Positions 9,032 to 17,141 of a stretch of DNA of 30,948 nt are shown piece after piece (within the stretch, counting starts at the first letter, position 1; every line of letters starts with the position of its first letter). Made by a program: the position numbers and the translations under genes. The DNA is from Candidatus Zixiibacteriota bacterium (GTDB taxonomy: Bacteria; Zixibacteria; MSB-5A5; UBA10806; 4484-95), in the NCBI GenBank assembly GCA_029932605.1, contig JAOZPT010000005.1:57767-88714 (forward strand), given 5' to 3'. Below the pieces are notes generated by a model. That model worked only from the letters and a program-made list of their open reading frames with translations, had not been told where the DNA came from and ran no database searches.

Positions 9032-11002
9032 TTACGAGCGATCAATCCAGATGGCGAATTTTGCCCTATCAGCAGGTTTGACCTTAGCAAAATCGTCAAG
9101 AAATGTATGACATACAATCTGAGTGGATAAAATTCCAACCAGCGCCATATTGTCTTTGAAGCCAAGATATGAATCAGCGTATCTTCGGCACTTGGACTCA
9201 AGTTTGGCCACTGCTTTAACGTTAAATAAACCGTAGCGTTCAAGCATTCTCTCTGATAACATCTCGTTTACGTACTCGGGAGTGTCTTTCTGATAAAATG
9301 ATTTTGCATCAGGAGCCATATAAGGTTGTTTCACCCTGTTTAGGATCCTTTCGGGTAGGAGGTTTTTCATTGCTTTTTTTAGCACGAACTTTTCCACCAG
9401 CCCCCTGATTTTATATTTGGGCGGTATCTTTGCTGCCATGTCCATTACATTCGTGTCCAAGAATGGGAAACGTGTTTCAACTGAGTTGGCCATGGCCATC
9501 CGGTCACCCTGCGAGGACAAAAGATAACCTGTGAGAAGCGATGCCGATTCAAGATATTGGGCTCGGCACAGGGTAGGCCAGTCGAAGAAATTGATAGGGA
9601 TATGTTTACTGAATGAACCCACCGAATCGTAACCCTCCAAAGTCTCTTGGATCTCCCGGGTATAAAATTCCTTGATTTTGGAGGTGGTGTTTATGCGGGG
9701 GATATGAGAGTAAAAAAACCTGTCCTGTTTGTTCAGACCAATTTTGTAAAAAGTCTCAAGATATAATTTGGCTCGCGCCCCTGATAGTGGCAATGTGGGA
9801 TAAAGTTTCCTTAAAAGAGATGGACGCCAGGTGGAATCGGGGTATTTAGCCCAGAAGGCCCTTATGATAGTTTCCTTGAAAATATCATAGCCACCAAGTA
9901 TCTCGTCAGCACCCTCACCCGTTAAGACAACCTTGAAATTATTGTCGTGAACTAGACCTGATAAAAGCATGAGTGGGGTAGGAGCAGTGCGAAGGATTGG
10001 TTTTTCGGTGTGCCAGAGTACCCGCGGGAAATTTTCAACGATATCATTATATGTGCATTTAGTCTGGTGATGTTGTGTTCCGAGATGTTTTATCATCTGG
10101 TTCTGATATGTAGATTCATCAAAGGCTTCGTCGGCAAAAGCGACTGAGAATGTCTGCAAAGGTGCACTGGAAAAGCTTCTTATGAGAATCGTGGTTGTCG
10201 ATGAATCGATGCCACCGGAAAGATACGCCCCGACCGGAACATCGGCGCGAAGACGCAAACGTGAGGCTTTGATTAGCTCCTCTTTCAAAGCCTCCGCCCA
10301 ATACTCAGCTGGTTTATCATCGAAACTATCAGGGAAATTCATCCTCCAGAAAGGTTTTATCTTTATTCCATTGTCTGAGGCAATCAGGTAATGACCTGGA
10401 GGAAGCTCGCTTATACCTTTAAAAAAGGTTCGGGGATAGGCTGTTGTCCACCAGGTGAAAATCTCATCCAGACCCTTTAAATCGATTTCCCTGTTGATTG
10501 AATCTTCGCAAAATATAGATTTAATCTCCGAGCCGAAATACAAACGGTTGTTCCTGACGGTGTAAAAAAGAGGGCAGATTCCGACCCGGTCGCGAGCCAA
10601 GGTAAGCTGTTTGCCATCCCATAAGGCGAAAGCGAACTGGCCATTGAAACGTGAAAAACAGTCATCACCCCATTGCTCGTAGGCGTGGACTATGACCTCG
10701 GTATCGGAATTAGTATAAAACTTGTGTCCTATTTTTTTAAGCTCCTCGGCTAGCTCGATATAGTTGAATATCTCACCATTATAAGTTATCCAGATGGTTT
10801 CATCCTCGTTATGGATAGGCTGACTTCCCCCGACCAGGTCAATTATGGATAATCTTGCCTGACCAAGCCCACAGCGTTTGTCGAAATAAGCACCAAACTC
10901 ATCAGGACCTCGATGTTTTAAAATAGTCACCATTCTGCGAATCAAATCGGTCTGGGCCTGACTTTCAAACCCCATGTTAAAATATCCAGCTATACCACAC
11001 AT
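9032..11002 (-). CDS. Asparagine synthetase (glutamine-hydrolysing) family amidotransferase, AsnB/WbpS-like
   Basis: It begins 'MCGIAGYF' (Ntn Cys2 nucleophile) and carries the PP-loop 'LSGGIDSS'. It is 656 aa, the typical size for exopolysaccharide/O-antigen-associated AsnB-family amidotransferases. Confidence 0.9.
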   Translation of the reverse strand: MCGIAGYFNMGFESQAQTDLIRRMVTILKHRGPDEFGAYFDKRCGLGQARLSIIDLVGGSQPIHNEDETIWITYNGEIFNYIELAEELKKIGHKFYTNSDTEVIVHAYEQWGDDCFSRFNGQFAFALWDGKQLTLARDRVGICPLFYTVRNNRLYFGSEIKSIFCEDSINREIDLKGLDEIFTWWTTAYPRTFFKGISELPPGHYLIASDNGIKIKPFWRMNFPDSFDDKPAEYWAEALKEELIKASRLRLRADVPVGAYLSGGIDSSTTTILIRSFSSAPLQTFSVAFADEAFDESTYQNQMIKHLGTQHHQTKCTYNDIVENFPRVLWHTEKPILRTAPTPLMLLSGLVHDNNFKVVLTGEGADEILGGYDIFKETIIRAFWAKYPDSTWRPSLLRKLYPTLPLSGARAKLYLETFYKIGLNKQDRFFYSHIPRINTTSKIKEFYTREIQETLEGYDSVGSFSKHIPINFFDWPTLCRAQYLESASLLTGYLLSSQGDRMAMANSVETRFPFLDTNVMDMAAKIPPKYKIRGLVEKFVLKKAMKNLLPERILNRVKQPYMAPDAKSFYQKDTPEYVNEMLSERMLERYGLFNVKAVAKLESKCRRYADSYLGFKDNMALVGILSTQIVCHTFLDDFAKVKPADRAKFAIWIDRS

Positions 11003-11127
11003 CTCAAATCAGTCTTTATCTTATCCGGTTTTTAATGTTTATTTAAAAAAAACAGGTTTATCACGGAATAGTTATATTTCTTGATAACCAAATTTGCTAT
11101 GCCCAAGGAATCTCCATCGAATAATTT

Positions 11128-12093
11128 TCAGTCATAAAAACCTTTGTGCCATTCGATAGTTCTTTTAAGCCCCTCCTCAAGAGGGACTTTTGGTTTATAT
11201 CCAAAAAGTCTTTTAGCTTTAGTTAAATCCGGTATGCGCCGACGGACATCCTCATAGTGTTTACCGAGGTCTTTGTATGGCATGAATTGTATCTTGGATT
11301 TCGATTCGGTCATCTTTACGATTATTTGAGCCAGACTTAAAATATCGATCTCTTTTGCGGAACCGATATTGATAATCTGGCCAATAGCCTTGTCGGATTC
11401 CATGGTCAGCCTGATACCCTCGATTGTATCACTTACATAGCAGAAGCTCCGGGTCTGTTTTCCATCGCCGTGAATGGCCAAAGGTTCCCCCTTTAACGCC
11501 TGCTCGATAAATATCGCTTGAGGTCCCCCCCACCATGAGCGATGGTTATGTGGTCCATAACTACCAAAGAACCTTAAAATGACAACCGGGAGTTCTCGTT
11601 CATCATGATATGCCATGGCCAGCTGCTCATCGAAGACCTTGGAAGCGGCATAAGCCCATCTCCGGACTATCGGCGAACCCATCACAAGGTTATCATTTTC
11701 GGTGAAAGGAAGTTTGTTGTTCTTTCCATAAACATCAGAGGTGGAAGCCAGTACAGTTTTGATACCAAACCTGCAGGCACACTCCAAAACCGCTTTGGTT
11801 CCGTCATTGTTTACCATTAAAGTCTCAAGCCAGTTGCCATGACGGGGAATTTTGTAAGCTGCTAAATGAATTATGCACTGAGCCTTTTGAAAGACACGTT
11901 CTAAAACGTCTTTCTGACGAATGTCGGACTGAACGAAATGAAAATTCCCGTGTTCGATCAACGGTTTTATGTTATCGATGCTGCCGTAGGATAAATTGTC
12001 GATAACTACAACGTCATAATTTTGCTTCAACAAAAGTTCGGCGAGATTTGAACCGATGAAACCAGCTCCTCCGGTAACTACTACCTTCTGCAT
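11128..12093 (-). CDS. NAD-dependent epimerase/dehydratase (extended SDR; nucleotide-sugar 4-epimerase/decarboxylase-like)
   Basis: N-terminal Rossmann fold 'VVTGGAGFIGSNL' and catalytic 'YAASK' (YxxxK). It is 321 aa, and its stop abuts the upstream 2-epimerase gene (12093/12094). Confidence 0.85.
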   Translation of the reverse strand: MQKVVVTGGAGFIGSNLAELLLKQNYDVVVIDNLSYGSIDNIKPLIEHGNFHFVQSDIRQKDVLERVFQKAQCIIHLAAYKIPRHGNWLETLMVNNDGTKAVLECACRFGIKTVLASTSDVYGKNNKLPFTENDNLVMGSPIVRRWAYAASKVFDEQLAMAYHDERELPVVILRFFGSYGPHNHRSWWGGPQAIFIEQALKGEPLAIHGDGKQTRSFCYVSDTIEGIRLTMESDKAIGQIINIGSAKEIDILSLAQIIVKMTESKSKIQFMPYKDLGKHYEDVRRRIPDLTKAKRLFGYKPKVPLEEGLKRTIEWHKGFYD

Positions 12094-13254
12094 TTATTCG
12101 GATATCGAAGAGGTTTTGATTTTACGGGTTGATGGATCTTCATAGGGAAAAGATTTGGCAATAACTTCAACAATCCTCTCAGAGGTGTTTCCATCCCAGT
12201 ATTTCGGTACCCCCCTAATTTTTTTCTTGTTGGACATAATCATTTCTGCCCCGGCGATGATCTTCTCGGGATATGTCCCCACAATTGTATTTGAACCCTC
12301 CTTAACGGTTACTATCCACTCGGTGTTTTTACGCAAAGTAAGGCAATGTATACCCAAGACACTGGACTCGACCTGCATTGTCCCCGAATCGGTCATCAAA
12401 AAAGAGGCATTGCTCTCAAGTGCCAAAAAATCATAGTATTTTGATAAATCACACATGATCAACTTTTTATCATCGAAATAATTATGCAAACCGAATTCCT
12501 CGATTTCTTTTCTGACTCGTTTATAACATGTAAAAACCACGGGTATTTTTTCTGAAATCTGGCGGGCGGCTGAGATAATGCCTTTGACGATATCAAAATT
12601 GCAGGTATTGGACTTGCGGTGTAATGTCAACATCGCATATTTCTTGGGAACTAAACCAAGTTTATTAAGCATCTTTGACTTCCGGGATAAAGGCAAAAAC
12701 TTATACAAAGTATCTACCATGATATTACCCACAAAGAAAATCCTGTCATCGGGAATTCCCTCCTCGAATATATTGGAATGGGCAGTGCTGTCGGTTACAA
12801 AAAATATGTCGGATATACTGTCCACGAGTTTCCTGTTGATATCGGTATTCGATATATTGTTGTGGCAACGTAACCCGGCTTCTATGTGGGTTATTTTAAT
12901 ACCCATTCGGGCTGCTGAGATCGATGCCCCAAGAGCAGAACATGAACCGCCTATTACAACTATCATATCGGGAGATAGTTCGGAAAAACATTTCTCCGTT
13001 TCCAGCATAACCTTGGCTGTCATTTCAGAATAAGTGCTGGATTTTATGTTAAGGTAGATATTGGGCTGGGGTAAGGAAAGCTGGTCAAAAAGGTAACCTG
13101 AATCACTTTTTCCGAATAGTTTTCCGGTATATATAATTATCGGTTCAAGGGAATCATAGAATCTGGAGATTTTATCGATAAGCGGCGACACTTTTATAAG
13201 GTTTTTAGGTGAATTTATTACAATAGCGACTTTCTTTAAACTGCCGGTGTACAA
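12094..13254 (-). CDS. UDP-N-acetylglucosamine 2-epimerase (non-hydrolysing), WecB/MnaA-like
   Basis: 'HIEAGLR' and 'LTDSGTMQVESSVLGIHCLTLRKNTEW' match the WecB motifs HVEAGLRS and TDSGGIQEE...LVLRDTTER. It is 386 aa and is the first gene of the minus-strand operon. Confidence 0.85.
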   Translation of the reverse strand: MYTGSLKKVAIVINSPKNLIKVSPLIDKISRFYDSLEPIIIYTGKLFGKSDSGYLFDQLSLPQPNIYLNIKSSTYSEMTAKVMLETEKCFSELSPDMIVVIGGSCSALGASISAARMGIKITHIEAGLRCHNNISNTDINRKLVDSISDIFFVTDSTAHSNIFEEGIPDDRIFFVGNIMVDTLYKFLPLSRKSKMLNKLGLVPKKYAMLTLHRKSNTCNFDIVKGIISAARQISEKIPVVFTCYKRVRKEIEEFGLHNYFDDKKLIMCDLSKYYDFLALESNASFLMTDSGTMQVESSVLGIHCLTLRKNTEWIVTVKEGSNTIVGTYPEKIIAGAEMIMSNKKKIRGVPKYWDGNTSERIVEVIAKSFPYEDPSTRKIKTSSISE

Positions 13255-13416
13255 TTAAAATTCTCCTCTTTATTAATAATGTCGGTTAATTTATTAGTCA
13301 TCATAACAATTATCAAGTGTTTTTTAGGTTAGGATACAACGTGGTCATGTTCAATACCTTTAAACAATGGAGCGGGATTACATCAAGGCAATGACAATAT
13401 TTGTAAAATTTTATCA

Positions 13417-13445
13417 TTGACCGGACTGGTCTGTGAGCTTATAAA
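13417..13445 (+). promoter_or_regulatory. Candidate sigma70-like promoter (TTGACC-17 nt-TATAAA) for the DUF362 operon, in the divergent intergenic region
   Basis: TTGACC at 13417-13422, a 17-nt spacer, then TATAAA at 13440-13445. It lies about 20 to 45 nt upstream of the two candidate start codons (13467 and 13491). Confidence 0.35.
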
Positions 13446-13466
13446 TAATTAAAGAGCTTATTTTGG

Positions 13467-14450
13467 ATGGCTCTTCGGGACGTGATTTTTATGCGAAGGC
13501 GAGAATTTATCAAACAGGTGGCAACGGCCGGAACTGCCTCGGTAATCATCGGAGGAGGAATACTTCTGATCGGTAGTCGCTCAGGTAAGAGCAAAAAAGC
13601 ATTGAAAATCTATAAACCGAAAGATTACAAAGCGAAAATACCATCCGATAAACCGGTCCTGGCAATAGCCAAAAACAAAGATTATCGCAAGGCAGTTGCC
13701 ACGGCTATTGCAGTATTTGGAGGTATGGAGACATTCATAAAAACGGGGGATTACGTTTGTTTAAAGCCCAATATCGGTTGGGACAGGTCTGCTCAACAGG
13801 GTGCTAATACTCATCCTGAGGTAGTGGCTGAACTTGGTCGATTGTGTTTCAAGGCCGGAGCCAAAAAGGTGATTGTCGTCGATGTTACCTGTAACGCTCC
13901 TCGTAGGTGTTACAACAGGTCTGGTATTAAGGCGGCAGCTCAAGCTGAAGGAATTGAGGTCATCATACCCGATGACAGCCTGTTTGAGCATATTGATTTC
14001 GGCAATAATAGTCTTGGAAAATGGCAGGTGTTAAAGCCTGTTCTGGAGTGCGATAAACTTATAAACGTACCTGTGGTCAAACATCATTCTCTTTCCGGTA
14101 TGACCGCTTCTATGAAGAATTGGTTTGGAGTTTTGACCGGACCAAGAAATCGCCTTCACCAAGATATCCATGATAACATTGCCGAACTGGCTTATCTTTT
14201 TCAACCAACCCTTGTAGTTGAGGATGTTACACGTGTTTTGCAGAGAAACGGTCCTCAGGGTGGAAAACTAGAGGACTTAATCACCTATGATAGCGTTGTC
14301 GTTTCAACCGACCAGGTTGCCGCCGAGGCTTATGTTACAAGATTTCTCGACAAGAAACCGGCAGATTTCCCCTTTATCGGGATAGCCGAAAACAAGGGCG
14401 TGGGAATCAGCCAACCGCCTTCTGATAAAGTCATTAAAATAGATGTTTGA
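13467..14450 (+). CDS. Tat-signal protein of a DUF362-like family (real start probably the ATG at 13491, giving MRRREFIK...)
   Basis: Twin-arginine motif 'RRREFIKQVATAGTASV' with an h-region. 'CLKPNIGW...THPEVVAELGRL...GAKKVIVVD' resembles the KPN-...-T.P.vv core of DUF362 proteins, which usually sit next to 4Fe-4S proteins. The stop overlaps the next gene. Confidence 0.55.
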   Translation: MALRDVIFMRRREFIKQVATAGTASVIIGGGILLIGSRSGKSKKALKIYKPKDYKAKIPSDKPVLAIAKNKDYRKAVATAIAVFGGMETFIKTGDYVCLKPNIGWDRSAQQGANTHPEVVAELGRLCFKAGAKKVIVVDVTCNAPRRCYNRSGIKAAAQAEGIEVIIPDDSLFEHIDFGNNSLGKWQVLKPVLECDKLINVPVVKHHSLSGMTASMKNWFGVLTGPRNRLHQDIHDNIAELAYLFQPTLVVEDVTRVLQRNGPQGGKLEDLITYDSVVVSTDQVAAEAYVTRFLDKKPADFPFIGIAENKGVGISQPPSDKVIKIDV

Positions 14451-16119
14451 TTCATATCGGTCATGGGACTTTATCAATATGCGTAAGCTAAAAATAGTAA
14501 GGACAATATCCCAAGCGTTCTTTTTTGTACTGTTTGTATATTTCGTCTTTGCAACTGAATACCATTTTAAACCTGGTAGCGAAAAAGTATCGGGTTGGTT
14601 TAAGTTCTTTTTCGATATCAACCCGTTGAATCTTTTTGGCACCTCGTTGGCAAGTGGTGTTTTATATTCAACTCTGGTTTTTGGCTTTATAATTCTTATC
14701 GCTACTATCTTTTTTGGGCGATTTTTCTGTGGCTGGATATGTCCTCTTGGTTCGCTTAATCAATTTTTCTCCTCTTTCAAATCCGAGCGTAAGCAACACC
14801 GTGGCTTAGCCCTGATGAAATCGAATATATTTAAACCGTACCAAAACCTGAAATATTACCTTCTGATAATCCTGGTCGGCATGGCGATTTTTGGGAGCCT
14901 TCAGTTTGGTCTTTTAGATCCAATTTCACTTCTGGCGCGCTCTGTGGGTATGGTAATCCTTCCTGCAATTACATTATGGTTAAAGATCATCTTCGGCTGG
15001 CTCTGGTCTTTCGATATTTCTTTTGTATCCGTAATCGGTGAATTGTTATACAGATTTTCATCTGCACTCTTCTTGCCTCTTAAACAGCCGCACTTTAACG
15101 GTACTTTCTGGCTATCTTTAATATTTATGGCCATTGTTGTTGCCAATCGTATCTATACCCGTTTCTGGTGCCGGGCTTTGTGCCCGCTAGGGGCGCTTTT
15201 AGGGCTTCTCTCGAGTTTTTCCATTTTTGGCTTGAAGAAGAATCTCGACGCTTGCGATTCCTGCAACAAGTGTTTGCTCCACTGCCAGGGGGGTGATAAT
15301 CCCCACAAGGATTTGCCTCATCATCGAAGTGAGTGCCATCTCTGTCTTAACTGCCTTTATGATTGCCCGCAAAATGCCCTTTCGTTCGGTTTCTTCCTGG
15401 ACCGTAAAAAAGCCAAAGTCAAACCCCAAATAACTCGCCGTAAAGTGATTTTTGCCGGCCTGGCTGGACTGTTGGCTGTACCAACTCTCCGCTCGGGACT
15501 ATCAGGTAAACCTGAAATAAAACCAAAACTTATCCGTCCGCCAGGTGCGCTCAAAGAGGAAGACTTTTTAGCTAAATGTATTCGGTGCGGTCAATGTATG
15601 AAGATTTGTCCGACAAATGCGCTTCACCCAGCGCTTTTGGATGCCGGCTGGGAGGGTATTTTTACGCCGGTTTTAATTCCCATCATCGGTTATTGCGAAT
15701 ACAATTGTGTTCTCTGCGGGCAGAGCTGTCCCACCGGCGCTATCCAACCTCTTACAGTTGAAAAAAAGATCGGAACAGAGAAAACGCAACCGGTGAGCAT
15801 CGGCACAGCCTTCATTGATAGAGGAAAATGTTTGCCGTGGGCTTTTGGCAAAGAATGTATCGTTTGCGAAGAATGGTGCCCAACCTCAGACAAAGCGATT
15901 CAACTGGAAACAGTAAAACAAACTCTTCCCGATGGAAGTGTTTTAACCCTTCAACGACCCCATGTGATACCCGAGTTGTGTATCGGTTGCGGTGCGTGCG
16001 AATATGTCTGTCCGGTGGAGGGTAACAAAGCCATTTATGTAAACTCGGTGGGTGAATCGCGTAACCCCGATAATGAAATGCTATTACATCGGCCAAAGAA
16101 AACAAGGACGACCTTATGA
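14443..16119 (+). CDS. NapH/MauN/CcoG-type membrane-bound polyferredoxin (integral membrane N-domain with CxxCP motifs plus about six cysteine clusters)
   Basis: Hydrophobic N-terminal half with 'FFCGWICPLGSL' and 'WCRALCPLGALL', the paired CxxCP motifs of the NapH/MauN family. The C-terminal half has six cysteine clusters (CDSCNKCLLHCQ, CHLCLNCLYDCP, CIRCGQCMKICP, CVLCGQSCP, CIVCEEWCP, CIGCGACEYVCP). It overlaps the upstream gene by 8 nt and the downstream gene by 4 nt. Confidence 0.7.
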   Translation: MFDSYRSWDFINMRKLKIVRTISQAFFFVLFVYFVFATEYHFKPGSEKVSGWFKFFFDINPLNLFGTSLASGVLYSTLVFGFIILIATIFFGRFFCGWICPLGSLNQFFSSFKSERKQHRGLALMKSNIFKPYQNLKYYLLIILVGMAIFGSLQFGLLDPISLLARSVGMVILPAITLWLKIIFGWLWSFDISFVSVIGELLYRFSSALFLPLKQPHFNGTFWLSLIFMAIVVANRIYTRFWCRALCPLGALLGLLSSFSIFGLKKNLDACDSCNKCLLHCQGGDNPHKDLPHHRSECHLCLNCLYDCPQNALSFGFFLDRKKAKVKPQITRRKVIFAGLAGLLAVPTLRSGLSGKPEIKPKLIRPPGALKEEDFLAKCIRCGQCMKICPTNALHPALLDAGWEGIFTPVLIPIIGYCEYNCVLCGQSCPTGAIQPLTVEKKIGTEKTQPVSIGTAFIDRGKCLPWAFGKECIVCEEWCPTSDKAIQLETVKQTLPDGSVLTLQRPHVIPELCIGCGACEYVCPVEGNKAIYVNSVGESRNPDNEMLLHRPKKTRTTL

Positions 16120-17003
16120 GAAATATGTTTCTAATAATGGCGATGCTTGTCACTTTTAGCTGTTCTTCCGTAAACAATAACAAACCAAAAACCAACTTTG
16201 ATTCTATTCTGACAGATGAAATTAGCAGTTATGCACGTGTTGAGCAGGTTAAAATATATCCGGCTGATTCTCTGTGGAATTATATCGATGGAGCGGCCGA
16301 TGAATACTTGAGTTATGGTGTTGTCCAGGTGGCAACTGCCGAGTACAGTAAAGGCGATTTGATATATTCAATTGACATCTATGAATTTGCTGGTCTCTTG
16401 GGTGCTTTCGGCATCTATGCCAAAAGGCGTTTACCTGATGATAACTTCATCAACCTGGGAACAGAAGCTTTGCTGGGCGATAGCTATCTTTATCTTTTGA
16501 AGGATAGATTTTTTGTTACAATCAACGCATTTAGCGATGAACTCCCTGACCTTGAACATTTAAGCATTTTTGCCACCGCTTTAGGCAGCCTTATCCCGGG
16601 CGAAACAGCCATGCCAGAACAAACATTGGTATTTCCCCAAAAGCGGCTGATTCATCACAGTGAAAAATTCTGGCCTTCCGGGTTGGAACAGTACGCCGCC
16701 CCCGAATCATGTTTTACCGCTGATTATAGAAAGAAGGATGATACCTGCACTCTATTTTACTCGACTGGCAGGACCCAGGCCGAATACGAGATGTTTGTTA
16801 AAGTTATTCAGGGAAAAGGGCGGATACTATCGTTTACCACCGGTGTTGGCGAAAACTCGATTTATGCCATCACTGACCAGACGGGCAAGACACTGGTGAG
16901 TTATACTGATGGCATTATTCTGGGTGTTCTGAATGTGGCTGGTGATTACTGGGCAAAGGCGTTGTGTAAGGCTCTCCTTGAGAATCTGGAGGCGAAGTTG
17001 TAG
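16116..17003 (+). CDS. Hypothetical secreted protein / lipoprotein (signal peptide, Cys at position 16)
   Basis: 'MRNMFLIMAMLVTFSCSS' has a signal peptide and a lipobox-like FSC. It is 295 aa with no recognisable catalytic motif. Its start overlaps the stop of the polyferredoxin gene, so it is probably co-translated. Confidence 0.5.
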   Translation: MRNMFLIMAMLVTFSCSSVNNNKPKTNFDSILTDEISSYARVEQVKIYPADSLWNYIDGAADEYLSYGVVQVATAEYSKGDLIYSIDIYEFAGLLGAFGIYAKRRLPDDNFINLGTEALLGDSYLYLLKDRFFVTINAFSDELPDLEHLSIFATALGSLIPGETAMPEQTLVFPQKRLIHHSEKFWPSGLEQYAAPESCFTADYRKKDDTCTLFYSTGRTQAEYEMFVKVIQGKGRILSFTTGVGENSIYAITDQTGKTLVSYTDGIILGVLNVAGDYWAKALCKALLENLEAKL

Positions 17004-17141
17004 GTTGGATTGGTCCGGAGATTGCAGTAGGATATCCACAGATCCGTATGGGCATTATAATATGTCTATGATAAATTTTATAATTTTTTAGAAGCTCCAC
17101 TACCTATATTGTAATTAATGCTTACGTCATCAAAACCATAA

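Noticed and set aside
9019-9243. 74-aa minus-strand ORF overlapping the 3' end of the AsnB-like gene in another frame
   Set aside because: It is fully contained in the 3' end of the 656-aa amidotransferase ORF and has no independent support.
17004-17141. Expected bidirectional terminator between the convergent lipoprotein and HdrDE-like genes
   Set aside because: No convincing stem-loop with a U-tract could be identified by eye in the 138-bp gap. Termination may be Rho-dependent or use a weak structure that I cannot verify without folding software.
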